A stretch of DNA of 63,725 bases, the filler included, from an uncultured Methanoregulaceae archaeon (GTDB taxonomy: Archaea > Halobacteriota > Methanomicrobia > Methanomicrobiales > Methanospirillaceae), in assembly GCA_964530035.1 (NCBI GenBank). It is 4 parts of 4 records of this genome, joined end to end, with 100 filler letters (N's around TTAATTAATTAA, not from the genome) between each part and the next. Parts side by side here need not be neighbours in the genome. Positions count along the whole stretch, not along the records: positions 16,677 to 32,567 come from CAZGXZ010000039.1; 3 more parts are not named here. One strand, written 5' to 3'. Under the pieces are notes generated by a model that saw only the letters and a list, made by a program, of their open reading frames with translations, did no database searches and was not told the DNA's origin. The translations under genes were made by a program, and so were the position numbers. Below, piece by piece: positions 20,338-31,300 of this stretch; the stretch's first letter is position 1; the number at the start of each line of letters is the position of its first letter.

Positions 20338-21954
20338 ATGGCCAATTCTGACAAACCGGCATCACCTGAGTGCGCCGGAGACACCGCACCACAGTCGAAG
20401 GTGACCCACTACCCGGGCGACATCAGCCGCAGGTGGGAGAAGATCCACAAGGACATGGCCCAGCTGGCCGTTACCGGCGTGGCAGGCACGACTATCGACG
20501 CAGTGTACGAAAAGACCCCGGAGAAACGCAGGATTCCTCCGGACTACCCGCTGCCCGTGGTGGGGTTCTCGTGCATGACCCGGGAGCCGTCCGACGAGGA
20601 GGTTACAAAACTGGTCGATGACGCCGTCGCCCAGGTCCTCGGGCCAAAAGGCCTCGGGGCCATAATAAAACCCGGAGACCGGGTGGTCATCAAGGTGAAC
20701 ATCGTCGGGCCGAGCCAGGGACAGCCCGGAGAGAAGGGGAGAGGAATCATCTCCGACCCGAGGATCGTGCGGTATGTCGCCGAGAAGGTGAGGAGTATCA
20801 TCGGGTTTGGCACGAGCGCTGACCTCAAGGTCGTCGATGCGACATTCACGACCGAGAGCAACCCTTCGAGCCCAGAAAACCCCCAGAGCTTCCACCACGC
20901 CCGCCTGCACCGCCCGGGAAAGGAGGACATCTGCTACGACTCCGATTCCGACGGTATCCTCGACGGCACCTCGGCGGCACAGCTGGTAAACCTCGACTCC
21001 GTCCAGCAGGCCGACCGGTTCCTGACGGTGATCGACGAACCTGTCCGTGGGCCGAGCGAGGTGTGGCTCCCGAAGTTCATGCGGACGAAGGAACAGGCAG
21101 GAGGCGAGCCTGAATACTGCGACGTGCTGATCGGGATCCCCATCTTCAAGAGCCACGGCCTCTGCGGGATGACCGGTGCGGTGAAACTCTTCTGGGGCTG
21201 CATGCTCGGCCTCCTCGAAAAGCAGGAGCATGCCGGGTACGGCTTCGGCACCGGGGACATCAGGCTGTTCCATGACTACCTGTGTGCGATGAACCGGGCC
21301 CGGGGCTTTGACATTGTGATCATGGACGCCCTGACCGGGAACCGGAACGGGCCGGCAAACAAGGTGGAGGACTATGACGCAAAGACCGACTTCATCCTCT
21401 CGAACGCCGTCCTCTGCTCGAAAGACTCCGTAGCCATCGACACGGTCGAGACGCTGCTCGGCGGGTACCGGCTTGACACCATCCCCCTCCTTGAAGCGGC
21501 GTTCCGGGACGGGATCGGGATCAACAAGCCCGCATACATCGACCTGCAGGGCTTCGGGGCGTTCTGCCGCCACAAGCAGTGGCTTGCCGGGACCTACCCG
21601 TGCTCCGGAACGGGAGGATACCCGCTCGAGGACGGGTGGGGGAACGCGAAGGTCGACAGCGATTTCACGACCCCTCCGCAGGTCTCCGTGACCTGTCGCG
21701 GGAAGTCCTCCGGCCATGACTACACGTTCGACTATACGGCACGGGAGGCCCCGCCCGCCCGTCACGGTCTTGCACGGGTCGATATCCTCGTGAACGGGAC
21801 GGTCGTCAGGCGTATCTTTGACAACCTGGAAAGCGGGAGCGTCACGGTCAGCCTGAAGGAGTTCAGCGGCAGGAAGGTGCAATTCCAGGCGGCCGCCTGG
21901 GATAACGTCCTCAACTGCACGCTGACACCCGAACAGGAACTCACGGTCGGGTAA
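20338..21954 (+). CDS. DUF362-family protein with C-terminal beta-sandwich extension
   Basis: IKPGDRVVIKVN, SDPRIV, PIFKSH...MTGAVK, IMDA, SKDSVAIDTV. Confidence 0.75.
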   Translation: MANSDKPASPECAGDTAPQSKVTHYPGDISRRWEKIHKDMAQLAVTGVAGTTIDAVYEKTPEKRRIPPDYPLPVVGFSCMTREPSDEEVTKLVDDAVAQVLGPKGLGAIIKPGDRVVIKVNIVGPSQGQPGEKGRGIISDPRIVRYVAEKVRSIIGFGTSADLKVVDATFTTESNPSSPENPQSFHHARLHRPGKEDICYDSDSDGILDGTSAAQLVNLDSVQQADRFLTVIDEPVRGPSEVWLPKFMRTKEQAGGEPEYCDVLIGIPIFKSHGLCGMTGAVKLFWGCMLGLLEKQEHAGYGFGTGDIRLFHDYLCAMNRARGFDIVIMDALTGNRNGPANKVEDYDAKTDFILSNAVLCSKDSVAIDTVETLLGGYRLDTIPLLEAAFRDGIGINKPAYIDLQGFGAFCRHKQWLAGTYPCSGTGGYPLEDGWGNAKVDSDFTTPPQVSVTCRGKSSGHDYTFDYTAREAPPARHGLARVDILVNGTVVRRIFDNLESGSVTVSLKEFSGRKVQFQAAAWDNVLNCTLTPEQELTVG

Positions 21955-21974
21955 CCGGGGCATGTCCTCGGTCT

Positions 21975-22460
21975 TTCAGGCCCTTTTTTTGTTTTTCACC
22001 CTGAACCGGCAGAGGATTGGAGGGGTTGGGACCGGGGGCAGCAGCATATTGTTCGAAGGGTGTGAGGAAATGCCCCCACTGAAAGGCAACCGGAATAGAG
22101 GATATCTGGAAAGAATGTCATTACGGTGGGATGGATCCGTCCCGGGGCTGCCGCCCCCCAAACCCCCTGCATACGATAGCCATGACAGGCCGTTGGCGGT
22201 TTCCTGATACCCGTTGTTTTCTTTTTTGCTTTTCTGACTGTTCTTTCACGTTGGTGTGGTCTTTATCCTCTTGAAAGGCCGTGGGACCGCCGCCGGGGCG
22301 CCCTTCGGGGGCGGCGGGGTATCCTTCCGGGGGTGTGGGGAAATGCCCCCGGTGAAAGGTTGACTGGTGAAGGATAGCGGGAAAGAGAATGCTCCTGGTA
22401 TCTGGCAAGGTCTGGAAACATTCTGAAAGGTGTGGACTATTTCAGATCCCGCCTTTATTG
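21975..22460 (-). repeat. Dispersed structured non-coding element, copy 2 (inverted, with internal partial duplication)
   Basis: Reverse complement of copy 1 core; 33-nt block at 22146-22178; degenerate second GGGGGCATTTCCTCACACCC arm at ~22055-22086. Confidence 0.85.
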
Positions 22461-22725
22461 AAACCCCGTAACAAGGAGAAAAGGGTGGTGACAGTCCTCC
22501 CCGGCGTACCATAACCGCTCCTGGGCCATCAGGGGGGAGTAAAGGGCCCTTTCATGACTACATGGCCGGAGGCCCTGTGTTAACAGCGTGAACGCCGATA
22601 GGTGGCATTGTTTGGCATATATCTGTTTAGAAAAGGCTATTACAAGATCGAATCCCTTTAAAGCGATATTTTTAAAAATCAAACCGGAACGTTCAAATAA
22701 TTTTTAGGTGTTCTATTGACCTACC

Positions 22726-23544
22726 ATGTTCCGATTCGACGAGAACAAGACGTACCGGATGCCTGCACACTTCGGCGGCTTCGACGCACCGGCCCCCGAC
22801 ATGGCGGTGTACAACTACGATACGGTCGGCCTGAGCTTTGTCTGCACCACGGACGGGGACCTCCTCGCAAACTACATCCCCGAGGGCTTCGAGATCCTCA
22901 GGCCCGAGATCGTCTACGGGTTCGGCCAGATGAGGGAGATCGACTGGCTCGCCGGCGGCAGGTACAACGTCGTCACGGCCGACGTGCCGGTCAGGTTCAA
23001 GGGGAAAAAGGATCAGGTGGAAGGGATCTACAACCTGGTCACCTGGGAGAACAACGCGACCCCCATCATCGGGGGACGGGAGGAGAACGGGGTCCCGAAG
23101 ATTTTTGCCGATATCCAGGACCTTCATGCCAGGCCCGCCGCATACTTCAACGCCCCGGATTACTTCACGAACGCGAGCTACGACGGGAACACCTTCGTCC
23201 GGATGGCCATGTATGACCCGAAACCAATCGTCGGGGCCCAGTTTGAGGCGCTCAAGGCGTCCAAGCGGACCTATAACCTCCTCTGCTGGCGCTACATCCC
23301 GAAGGTGAGCGGGACGGGGGCCGAGCTGAGCCAGCCCATCCTGTACCCCCAGGGTGTCGAGCTGAACAGCGCCTTTGCGGGGAGGGGCGAGGTCGAGTGG
23401 ATCAAACTCAGGCCGGAGTACAACCCGAAGCAGTACCATATCATCAACGCCCTTGCTGACCTGCCGATAAAAAGCATCGACATGACCCTCCTGACGAAGG
23501 CGGTCGCCGTCCTGAAACCGAGCCAGGGGCGGGTAATCGAATAA
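22726..23544 (+). CDS. Acetoacetate decarboxylase-family protein
   Basis: YRMPAHFG, WLAGGRYN, WENNATPIIGGREENGVPKIFADI (GRE..G.PK signature). Confidence 0.85.
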   Translation: MFRFDENKTYRMPAHFGGFDAPAPDMAVYNYDTVGLSFVCTTDGDLLANYIPEGFEILRPEIVYGFGQMREIDWLAGGRYNVVTADVPVRFKGKKDQVEGIYNLVTWENNATPIIGGREENGVPKIFADIQDLHARPAAYFNAPDYFTNASYDGNTFVRMAMYDPKPIVGAQFEALKASKRTYNLLCWRYIPKVSGTGAELSQPILYPQGVELNSAFAGRGEVEWIKLRPEYNPKQYHIINALADLPIKSIDMTLLTKAVAVLKPSQGRVIE

Positions 23545-23698
23545 CCCTGACAATCCCGGCCAGGAACGGAATGAAGGCCCCCGGAACGATACTGCCGGGC
23601 AGGCACCGTGGCAGACTCGCGGGTCCGGCAGCATCCCGGTTCCTTACAGATTCCGGGTGATTGCATCAGAATGAAACGGAAAGGGACGAGGATGACCC

Positions 23699-25003
23699 AT
23701 GACGGGCACTGATCCGGGAGCAGAGTCCCGGGACCGCACGGAACTGGAGCAGTACGGGAAACGGAGGGCCGTGGTCGACCTTTCCACCGAGGTCGTCCTG
23801 CTCGTGGCCGGCGGGATGTTCTTCCTGCTCTTCGGGGTCCTCCTCTCGTTCATCCTGAAGGGAGAGCTCCCGTACAGCGAGGACGGCATTTATGGACTTT
23901 TTATCATCCTCGTCTCCCTGCAGGTCATCACGATGGGAAAGACACCCTTTGGCGACCTCATCCGGACGTGGCCGGTGGTCGGCGCCGGGCTCTGCACCTC
24001 GGTCCTCGGGACCCTGGCCCTCCTCCTGCCCGGGTATTTCAGCGGGCCTGTCCGGCTCGCCGTCGGTTTCATCCTCCTGGTCGCCGGTCTCCTCGGCCTC
24101 CTCCAGCTGGCTTTCTCCCGGGAGAAGGCACGCCGGTGGCTGAAGGTCCCGGGTGTCCTGCAGTACCTGACGGTCGCCTGTGCTGTTGTATACTCTCTTG
24201 AGGTCGTCCTCGCGGTGATCACCCTCGTCCCCGGTGTCATCCCTGGACAGGTCACCCCGTTCCTGCTGGTAGTGTTCGGGATAAGCCTGTTCACCCTCGC
24301 CTGGTGCATCCATGCGGCGAACCGCAGGTACCCTCCGGGACGACCGGCTCCGGCACCGACCCGGGAGGGTAGCTGGCTGACACGGGAGGTCCCCCTGACG
24401 GTCGGCAACACCTTCAGCGTATACCAGGGGGTGCTCATGGTCCTCCTCGGGGGCCTTGTAATGGCCATGGTCCTCGGCGTGCTCCCCCCCTTCAGCACCG
24501 ACGGCGAGCTCGGCCTGCTGCTCGTCATGACCTCGCTCCAGATGATGGCGCTTGGGCAGTTCGTCGGCAGCCGGTTCACCCGTTCGTGGGCCATGGTCGC
24601 GGCCGGGCTGGTGTTCACCTTGCTCGGGGTCTTCTCCTGTATCGTGCCAGGGGTACTGACCGGTGTGGTCCGGCCGCTCATCGGGGTCCAGAACATCCTG
24701 ACCGGCGTCATGCTCCTGGCGACGCAGGTCCTGGCCCCGACCCTCTACGGGATCCGGCACCCCCCGGAGAAACCCGTGAGACGGCCACCCATCGTCAGGC
24801 GGCTCTTCCTGGTCCTCATCACCATCGGGTGCGTCACCATCGTCTTCGGCATGAATACGCTTGCACCCCTCCTCCTCCCGGGCCTCCTCGGGATGATCGG
24901 CTATGCCGTGCTCCTCCCTTCACTCGTCGTCCTCATGGGGGTCCTGACCCTCGTCATGGTCTCCATCATGCTGAAGCTGCAGCGGCTTTCAGCGCCGGGG
25001 TGA
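23699..25003 (+). CDS. Polytopic membrane protein with internal two-fold repeat
   Basis: Many TM helices; halves align (LPYSEDG..GL...SLQ...G / LPPFSTDG..GL...SLQ...G). Confidence 0.8.
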   Translation: MTGTDPGAESRDRTELEQYGKRRAVVDLSTEVVLLVAGGMFFLLFGVLLSFILKGELPYSEDGIYGLFIILVSLQVITMGKTPFGDLIRTWPVVGAGLCTSVLGTLALLLPGYFSGPVRLAVGFILLVAGLLGLLQLAFSREKARRWLKVPGVLQYLTVACAVVYSLEVVLAVITLVPGVIPGQVTPFLLVVFGISLFTLAWCIHAANRRYPPGRPAPAPTREGSWLTREVPLTVGNTFSVYQGVLMVLLGGLVMAMVLGVLPPFSTDGELGLLLVMTSLQMMALGQFVGSRFTRSWAMVAAGLVFTLLGVFSCIVPGVLTGVVRPLIGVQNILTGVMLLATQVLAPTLYGIRHPPEKPVRRPPIVRRLFLVLITIGCVTIVFGMNTLAPLLLPGLLGMIGYAVLLPSLVVLMGVLTLVMVSIMLKLQRLSAPG

Positions 25004-25144
25004 GAAGCCCCCCCCTTTTTCAGGCAGCCCGGAACCGGTTCGCCCGGGTCATGTGAAAGGAATATATATAAGCTGCGTTGCGCCATTGTCATTTATAAGG
25101 CGGTGAGAAGACGCCTCGTGGATACAGGATCTGAGGGCAATGCT

Positions 25145-27283
25145 ATGACATCAGATGAAACGAATACCCGTTTGCAGGCAGAAAATTCGTCGCTGAAATC
25201 AGAACTCAGTCTTTATCGCTCGATGTTCGAGAAAAGCCATGTTGCTCAGGTCATCATCGATATCGATTTTAAAATCATCGATATGAATGAGGCCTTTTGT
25301 GCCATTGTCGGGTATCCCCGTTCAAAACTTGAAGGGATGGATTTTCGCGACTTCAAAGGAAAGGAACTGTTGAAGTACCTTTTCGACGAGGGGATGAGCC
25401 TTGCGGATGCGTTAAGGCTGAAACAATCCGGCACCGCCCGTGCTGCATGGGTGGCATCCAATGGCACCCACATCGTCAGCAGGAACATCATCCCGTTCCT
25501 TGATGAAAAGGGCACAATAAAGGACGTTTACATCATCTATAACGAAATTACCGAGATCGAGAACAAACTGGCGGAAATTGAACGGTTGAAACGGCAGTCC
25601 GAGGCCATCGTCCAGCAGAACCCGATGCCGATCCTGTTGTGGGACACGGCCCTCAAGGTCATCGCCTCAAACAAGGCATTCATTGACCTGACCGGTTTCA
25701 CCCGTGAACAGGCGGAAAGCCTCACGATCAGGGATTTCAAATACGTCATGCAGTCCGGGAAGAGTGTCGCGGATACCATCAAGACCGGACTCGCGAGCAA
25801 GGGGGAGGCGGCGATCCAGTTCCCGTCAGGCGAACGGTGTGTTGAACGGTACAACATCCCCCTTGTCGATGAAAAGGGTACCCTGGTGAATGTCCTTACC
25901 GTCTACAACAACATCACCGAACAGAAAAAGGCGATCAAGGACATCATCCGGGTTTCAACCGAGGCCGGGAAAGGCAACCTTTCAGCGCGGACGGATGAAA
26001 AGAATTATTCCGGTGATTTCTTCGAGATTGCGCACGGCATCAACCTCACCCTGGATGCCGTCGTCAGGCCCCTTCACGAGGCCATGCGGCTGGCTGATGA
26101 GCTCGCACACTGCAATTTCTCGGCCAGGTTCGACGAGCACGTTACCGTTGCGGGGGATTTCCTGGAGTTTAAAAATTCACTGGACAACCTCGCCGAGGAA
26201 ATCGAGGAGGCAATAACAGAAATCAGCAGGGTTGCGGATTGTTACGCGGCGGGAGACTTTTCGAGCGGTATCAATCCCCAGTTATCCATACGGGGGGACC
26301 TTGTCAGCCTGAAGGATTCGTTGAACCACATCGGGGTCGCGGTTTCCCAGTCGCTTGCCGTGGTCAATACCAAGATGGCCGACCTCCTGAACGAAGCCAA
26401 CCAGGCATCCACCGGCGTTGGCGAAGTGAGCCGTGGTGCTGAACTGATAGCAAAAAATGCCGAGGATACCAAGCAGAATGCAGAGCAGAGCAACGAAGGT
26501 ATCGCCCAGGTCATCAGCACCATGGAAGACCTCTCGAAAACCGTAACCGATGTATCCACGAATGCCGAGGCCGTTGCCAGCCTGTCGAACAAGGCGAACG
26601 ACCTTGCAAAGGAAGGCATCAGGCATGCAGGCAGGGCTGAAAAGGGGATGGGGAGCATCACGGAGACCTCCCGGCAGGTCGACGGCATCATAAATGAAAT
26701 CAAGTCACAAATGGATGAAATCGGAAAGATAGTCGGCATTATTTCCGATCTCGCCAACCAGACCAATCTTCTTGCCCTCAACGCAGCGATTGAGGCGGCT
26801 CGTGCCGGCGAGGCGGGAAGAGGTTTTGCCGTGGTCGCGAGCGAGGTGAAAGCCCTTGCACAGGGTTCACGGCAGTCGGCAGAAAGCATCGAGCAGATGA
26901 TTGCAGGGTTGCAGAAAAAGAGCCAGGATGCCGCGAATGCCATGTCCCAGGCCGGTACAGCCGTCCAGGAAGGGAATTCAGCGCTTGTTGACACCCTCCG
27001 CATATTCAACGAGCTGACAACCTCGGTGGAAGACATCAGCAGCAAGATGGAGGTCGTGGCAGGCGCGACAGAGACCCAGGCCGCTTCGTTCGAGGAGATA
27101 ACGGCGAGTGTCAACGAGATGGGGGGGCTCGTGCGCCAGACCGCCAAGGATGCGCTGAACTCCTCGACCACGAGCGAAGAAGCCCTTGTCGTGGTACAGA
27201 ATATCACCCAGATCATCAGGGAGATCAACAACGCCATCTCAACGATAAATGCGGAAATGGGCAAGTTCAGGTTGAAGTCCTGA
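25145..27283 (+). CDS. Soluble methyl-accepting chemotaxis protein (2 PAS + HAMP + MCP signalling domain)
   Basis: [34 protein letters not shown]; no TM segment; likely ATG 25145. Confidence 0.93.
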   Translation: MTSDETNTRLQAENSSLKSELSLYRSMFEKSHVAQVIIDIDFKIIDMNEAFCAIVGYPRSKLEGMDFRDFKGKELLKYLFDEGMSLADALRLKQSGTARAAWVASNGTHIVSRNIIPFLDEKGTIKDVYIIYNEITEIENKLAEIERLKRQSEAIVQQNPMPILLWDTALKVIASNKAFIDLTGFTREQAESLTIRDFKYVMQSGKSVADTIKTGLASKGEAAIQFPSGERCVERYNIPLVDEKGTLVNVLTVYNNITEQKKAIKDIIRVSTEAGKGNLSARTDEKNYSGDFFEIAHGINLTLDAVVRPLHEAMRLADELAHCNFSARFDEHVTVAGDFLEFKNSLDNLAEEIEEAITEISRVADCYAAGDFSSGINPQLSIRGDLVSLKDSLNHIGVAVSQSLAVVNTKMADLLNEANQASTGVGEVSRGAELIAKNAEDTKQNAEQSNEGIAQVISTMEDLSKTVTDVSTNAEAVASLSNKANDLAKEGIRHAGRAEKGMGSITETSRQVDGIINEIKSQMDEIGKIVGIISDLANQTNLLALNAAIEAARAGEAGRGFAVVASEVKALAQGSRQSAESIEQMIAGLQKKSQDAANAMSQAGTAVQEGNSALVDTLRIFNELTTSVEDISSKMEVVAGATETQAASFEEITASVNEMGGLVRQTAKDALNSSTTSEEALVVVQNITQIIREINNAISTINAEMGKFRLKS

Positions 27284-27315
27284 AAAAAGACCCTGTTTTT
27301 TCTCCTGGCAGGACA

Positions 27316-27900
27316 TTATCTGCTGTTTTTCGCTGCAAAAGTGGTGATCATGCCGGGTATTGCCCCGGGGGGCTCACTGTAGTCCACCGACATGGTGGCA
27401 ATCGCTGCACGCGGCATGCTCCTGATCGCACAGGTTTCAGGGCTCTGTACTATCGTTACACCGCCGAGTTTCTTTATATGGGCGATTCCCTGCGCCCCGT
27501 CCTCTCCCATTCCCGTGAGGATTATTCCCATGAAGCGGTTCCCTGGTGCCGGGATGAGCGATAGCATGGCGATATCAATCGAGGGCCTCACTCCATTGAC
27601 TTTTTCAGCATTGGAGAAGGAGATGAACCGGTTCTTCCTGAGTACAAGGTGTCGTCCGCTGGGTGCGAGGTATACTGTTCCCCTTCGGACCTGCTCACCC
27701 TCCTCGGGAATGACCACGGGCATGCCGCACGCCTGGTGGACCTGGAGGGCAAGTTGCGGTACGAACGGAGGAGCCAGGTGCTGGACAATGATGATGGCGG
27801 CGGGAACCGCACGCACCCTGGAAAAAATCTCTTCAAGGACCTGGGGTCCTCCCGTGGATGACCCGATGATGACCAGGGGGAGAATCGTGCCTTCTTGCAT
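27316..27900 (-). CDS. cheB: Stand-alone CheB methylesterase (no receiver domain)
   Basis: Catalytic motifs GSSTGG, VQH, LTGMGEDG, RPSID, MP. Confidence 0.9.
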   Translation of the reverse strand: MQEGTILPLVIIGSSTGGPQVLEEIFSRVRAVPAAIIIVQHLAPPFVPQLALQVHQACGMPVVIPEEGEQVRRGTVYLAPSGRHLVLRKNRFISFSNAEKVNGVRPSIDIAMLSLIPAPGNRFMGIILTGMGEDGAQGIAHIKKLGGVTIVQSPETCAIRSMPRAAIATMSVDYSEPPGAIPGMITTFAAKNSR

Positions 27901-27910
27901 GGCAGGTGGG

Positions 27911-28342
27911 TCAGGATTTCCCCTGGAGATACTTGCTGTACAGGGTGACTTTACTCACCAGTTCGTCCGGGTCAAATGGCTTGGTGATGTAATCGAAGAC
28001 GTAGTCCTGCAGGCCTATCATTTTATCGTCAGGGTCACTTTTTGCGGTCAGCATGGCAATCAGGACGTTATCGCCCAGGCCCTCGTCCGAGATGGCCCGT
28101 ATCGTATCCCAGCCGTCCATGTCCGGCATCATGATGTCAAGGAGGATGATCCCGGTAAACCCCTTTTTCATGTGGCTGATGCATGTCCGGCCATCCTCGA
28201 CCACTTCGGTAGAAAAGCCCGCTTCGTTTAATACCGTCTGAACAGCGATGAGGATATTCCGGTCATCGTCAACGACCATCACCCTCTGTTTCGCAACCGG
28301 TCCCCCGGGAGAAGGGGGACTCGTTGCGTGACCTCCAGGCAT
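27911..28342 (-). CDS. Single-domain response regulator
   Basis: VMVVDDD, LLDIMMPDMDG, LTA, YITKPF. Confidence 0.92.
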   Translation of the reverse strand: MPGGHATSPPSPGGPVAKQRVMVVDDDRNILIAVQTVLNEAGFSTEVVEDGRTCISHMKKGFTGIILLDIMMPDMDGWDTIRAISDEGLGDNVLIAMLTAKSDPDDKMIGLQDYVFDYITKPFDPDELVSKVTLYSKYLQGKS

Positions 28343-28391
28343 ATACTCCCCTTCTCATCCGGTACGCATAAATATTCCCGCAACGGGAGGT

Positions 28392-31300
28392 TCATTTTTT
28401 CTCCATTGTGTGCGTCTCACCGGGGTGCTCCGGCAGCGTGACGGTAAAGGTGGAACCAAGGCCCTTTCCCGGGCTCTCCACATGGATATCTCCTCCATAG
28501 AGGAGGACAATCCGTTTCACGATGGCCAGCCCCAGTCCCGATGAGTCCCGGTGGTGCCTGGAGGTATCGGCGGTGTAGAATTCATCAAATATCCTGGACA
28601 TTTCTTCAGGTGTCAGTCCGATCCCGGTATCTGCCACTGAGAAGCCAACAACTCCGTCACCGGTACGGGAAGACAGGGTGATGGTGCCTCCCTCTTCAGA
28701 GTAGCGGACCGCGTTGCTGACAAGGTTGTCAAGGATGCTTGATAGGTGGAAAGGCGTGATCCGGACCCGTGCTCCCTTGTCCACGGTATTTTCAATCCGA
28801 TATCCTTTTTTCTCTATTATCCAGGCATGCTTCGCCAGGACTTTTTCAATCTCGTCCGCGAGGACCATCTCCCTGGTATCAGCCATGATGAACCGCTGGT
28901 TGAGCCGGGCAAGGGTAAGGATGTCGTTTGTGAGGTGTTTCATCGAGGTTGCCGACTCCATCACGATTTCGAGCAGTGCACGGAGATCAGGGTCTTTTTC
29001 CTTCCTGATGATATGGGGGAGGAGTGCGATGATCGGTGTCAGGGGGGTCTTGAGGTCATGGCCTGCCTGGGCGATGAACTCGTCCTTCTGCCTGAGGAGC
29101 TGTTCAACCTGTTCAGTCCTTTCCCTGATCCTCTGGTTGAGTTTCTTCACCTCCGTGATATCACGGATGGAGCCCACACTTTTTCTTGTGCCGGGAATGA
29201 GGGCGACGGTCAGGGCGGCATCCCGTATTTCTCCGTTCTTATGGATGAACCTGAACTCGTAATCCTTTGGTGACGCACCGGGTTCCTTCCGCCGGAGCCG
29301 GTGGTACCGGATCATCCTTTCCCGGTCCTCTGCAACAACCAGTTCCGGCCATTTCATCCGGCCCTCAAGTTCTTCCTTGCCATACCCCAGGACTTTTTCC
29401 ATCTCCTCGTTGATGTGGGAGATGACCGCGTCCTCCTCGAGGACGATCATCGCCGTCCCGGTGTTCTCGAACACCGTCTGGAATAGTTCTTCAGCCCGTT
29501 TCCTGTCCGTGATATCCAGCAGGGAAGCGACACTCTTCTTCGTTCCCGGGATGACATCGATGAAGAGATAGATGGAACGGATATCCCCGTTCTTCGTAAC
29601 GAAACGAAAATCGTAGTGGGTGAGCGCCTTTTCCCGGTCAAGCCTCCGCATGCGGTGCTGGGCCTGCATCCGTTCCAGGTCTTCCGGGAGGACAAATTCT
29701 GTCCATTGTTTCTTCCCCTGGATCTCTTCCCGGGAAAAACCACTCAGGTGTACAAACCCTTCGTTGGCCAGCTCTATGACGGTGTCTTCGGCAATGACCA
29801 CGGTCGCAGTGCCGGTATTTTCAAAGACCGTCCGGTAATTCTCCTCGCTGGCCCGCAGGGACTGCTCCTGGACCCGGAGCTTCTCGTAATTCCTCCGGAG
29901 TTCCTCTTCGGCGGAAGTGAGTTTTGCATAGGCGGACTGAAGTTCGTCAATAGCGCGTTTCCGCTCCGTGTTGTCAAGAAACGTCTCGAGGAGGCATTCC
30001 CTTCCATGGAACCTGAACGGGACGACATACTTGATGATATCGACCTTCTTCCCGTCTTCGGTCAGGAGAATGCGTTCGGAGTTATCCACGGCCTGGTGGA
30101 GGTCCGTTATCGGGCACCTGCCCAATTCAGACGGGCAGATGAACGTGTGGCATACCTTGTTGAGGACCCTGTCTTTTGTTGTCCCCATCATGTTCAGTGC
30201 ATAGGGATTGAGATCGATGATCTCATGCGTCCGGGCATCGATGATCACGATCCCTCCCTGGACCGATGAATAAATCTGGTCAAGATAGTCCAGGTTGGCA
30301 GCAAGGGCTGATTCCACCTTTTTTCGGTCGGTGATGTCACGGATTGACTCGATGGCCCCGATGACCGATCCCTGCGGGTTCCTGAACAGGACGGCTTTTC
30401 CCCAGAGAATGCGGTCTTTTCCCCCGAGACGGGGCAGGCTGGTCTCTGCGGTCAGGGCATCGCCGTCCTTTTGGACGGCAGAATACTTCTGAATGGACAG
30501 TTCGTCATCTTTCATGACGAGGTCGATCAGTATCGGCCGGCGTTCACCATAGAAGGGCAGTGCATATTCATAATTCCCTTTTCCGACCATGTCCGATGCC
30601 GGTACCCCGGTCATCTCTTCGATGGCCCGGTTCCAGGTGATCACCCTGCCCTCCTGGTCGATCGCAAACGTGGCATCGGGGAGGAAGTTGATGATGTCCT
30701 CGAGCCGCCTTTCGGTCTCAAGAAGCGCTTTTTCCGCCTTCTTGAGTTCGCTGATGTCCCGGCCTTCGGGGATCAGGTAGAGTATCCTGCCGGATTCATC
30801 CATGTAGGGTTTTAAGGAGAAATCAATATCATGGAGTATTCCTCCGGCGGCAGGATGGGTGGCCTCGAACCGCACGAAGTGCCCCTGCGCTGCAAGGGCC
30901 ACGGATTTCTGCAGTTTCTCCTGGAGTTCCGGCGAATGGGTCCACCAGGGGGTTTCCCAGAAGGGTTTCCCGATGACGTCATCCCGTGTTGTACCGAGGG
31001 AGGCGAGTGCGCTCTGGTTCGCGTCGATAAGGACACCCTCCAGGGTCAGGAGGCCGATGAACTGGAAGCTCTGGTTGAATATGGCCCTGAATTTCTGTTC
31101 GCTTTCACGCCTGGCTTCCTGTGCCGCCCTGATCTCCTCGACCTGCTCCCGGAGCCGTTCCTCGTCTGCGGCAATCTTCAGGTATGATGCCAGCAGCTCT
31201 TCGTTTTTCTTTTTCAGGGCGTTTTCCCGCTCCTTGAGCTCCGTAATGTCCCTGCCGACCGACTGGTACTCAACGAGGCTGCCCGAGGCATCGAATATCC

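Noticed and set aside
20362..21963. 533-aa antisense ORF and similar shadow ORFs (22693..23634, 23666..24760, 39715..40806, 44116..45129, 45833..46981)
   Set aside because: They overlap well-supported genes on the opposite strand; expected from G/C-biased third positions; no motifs
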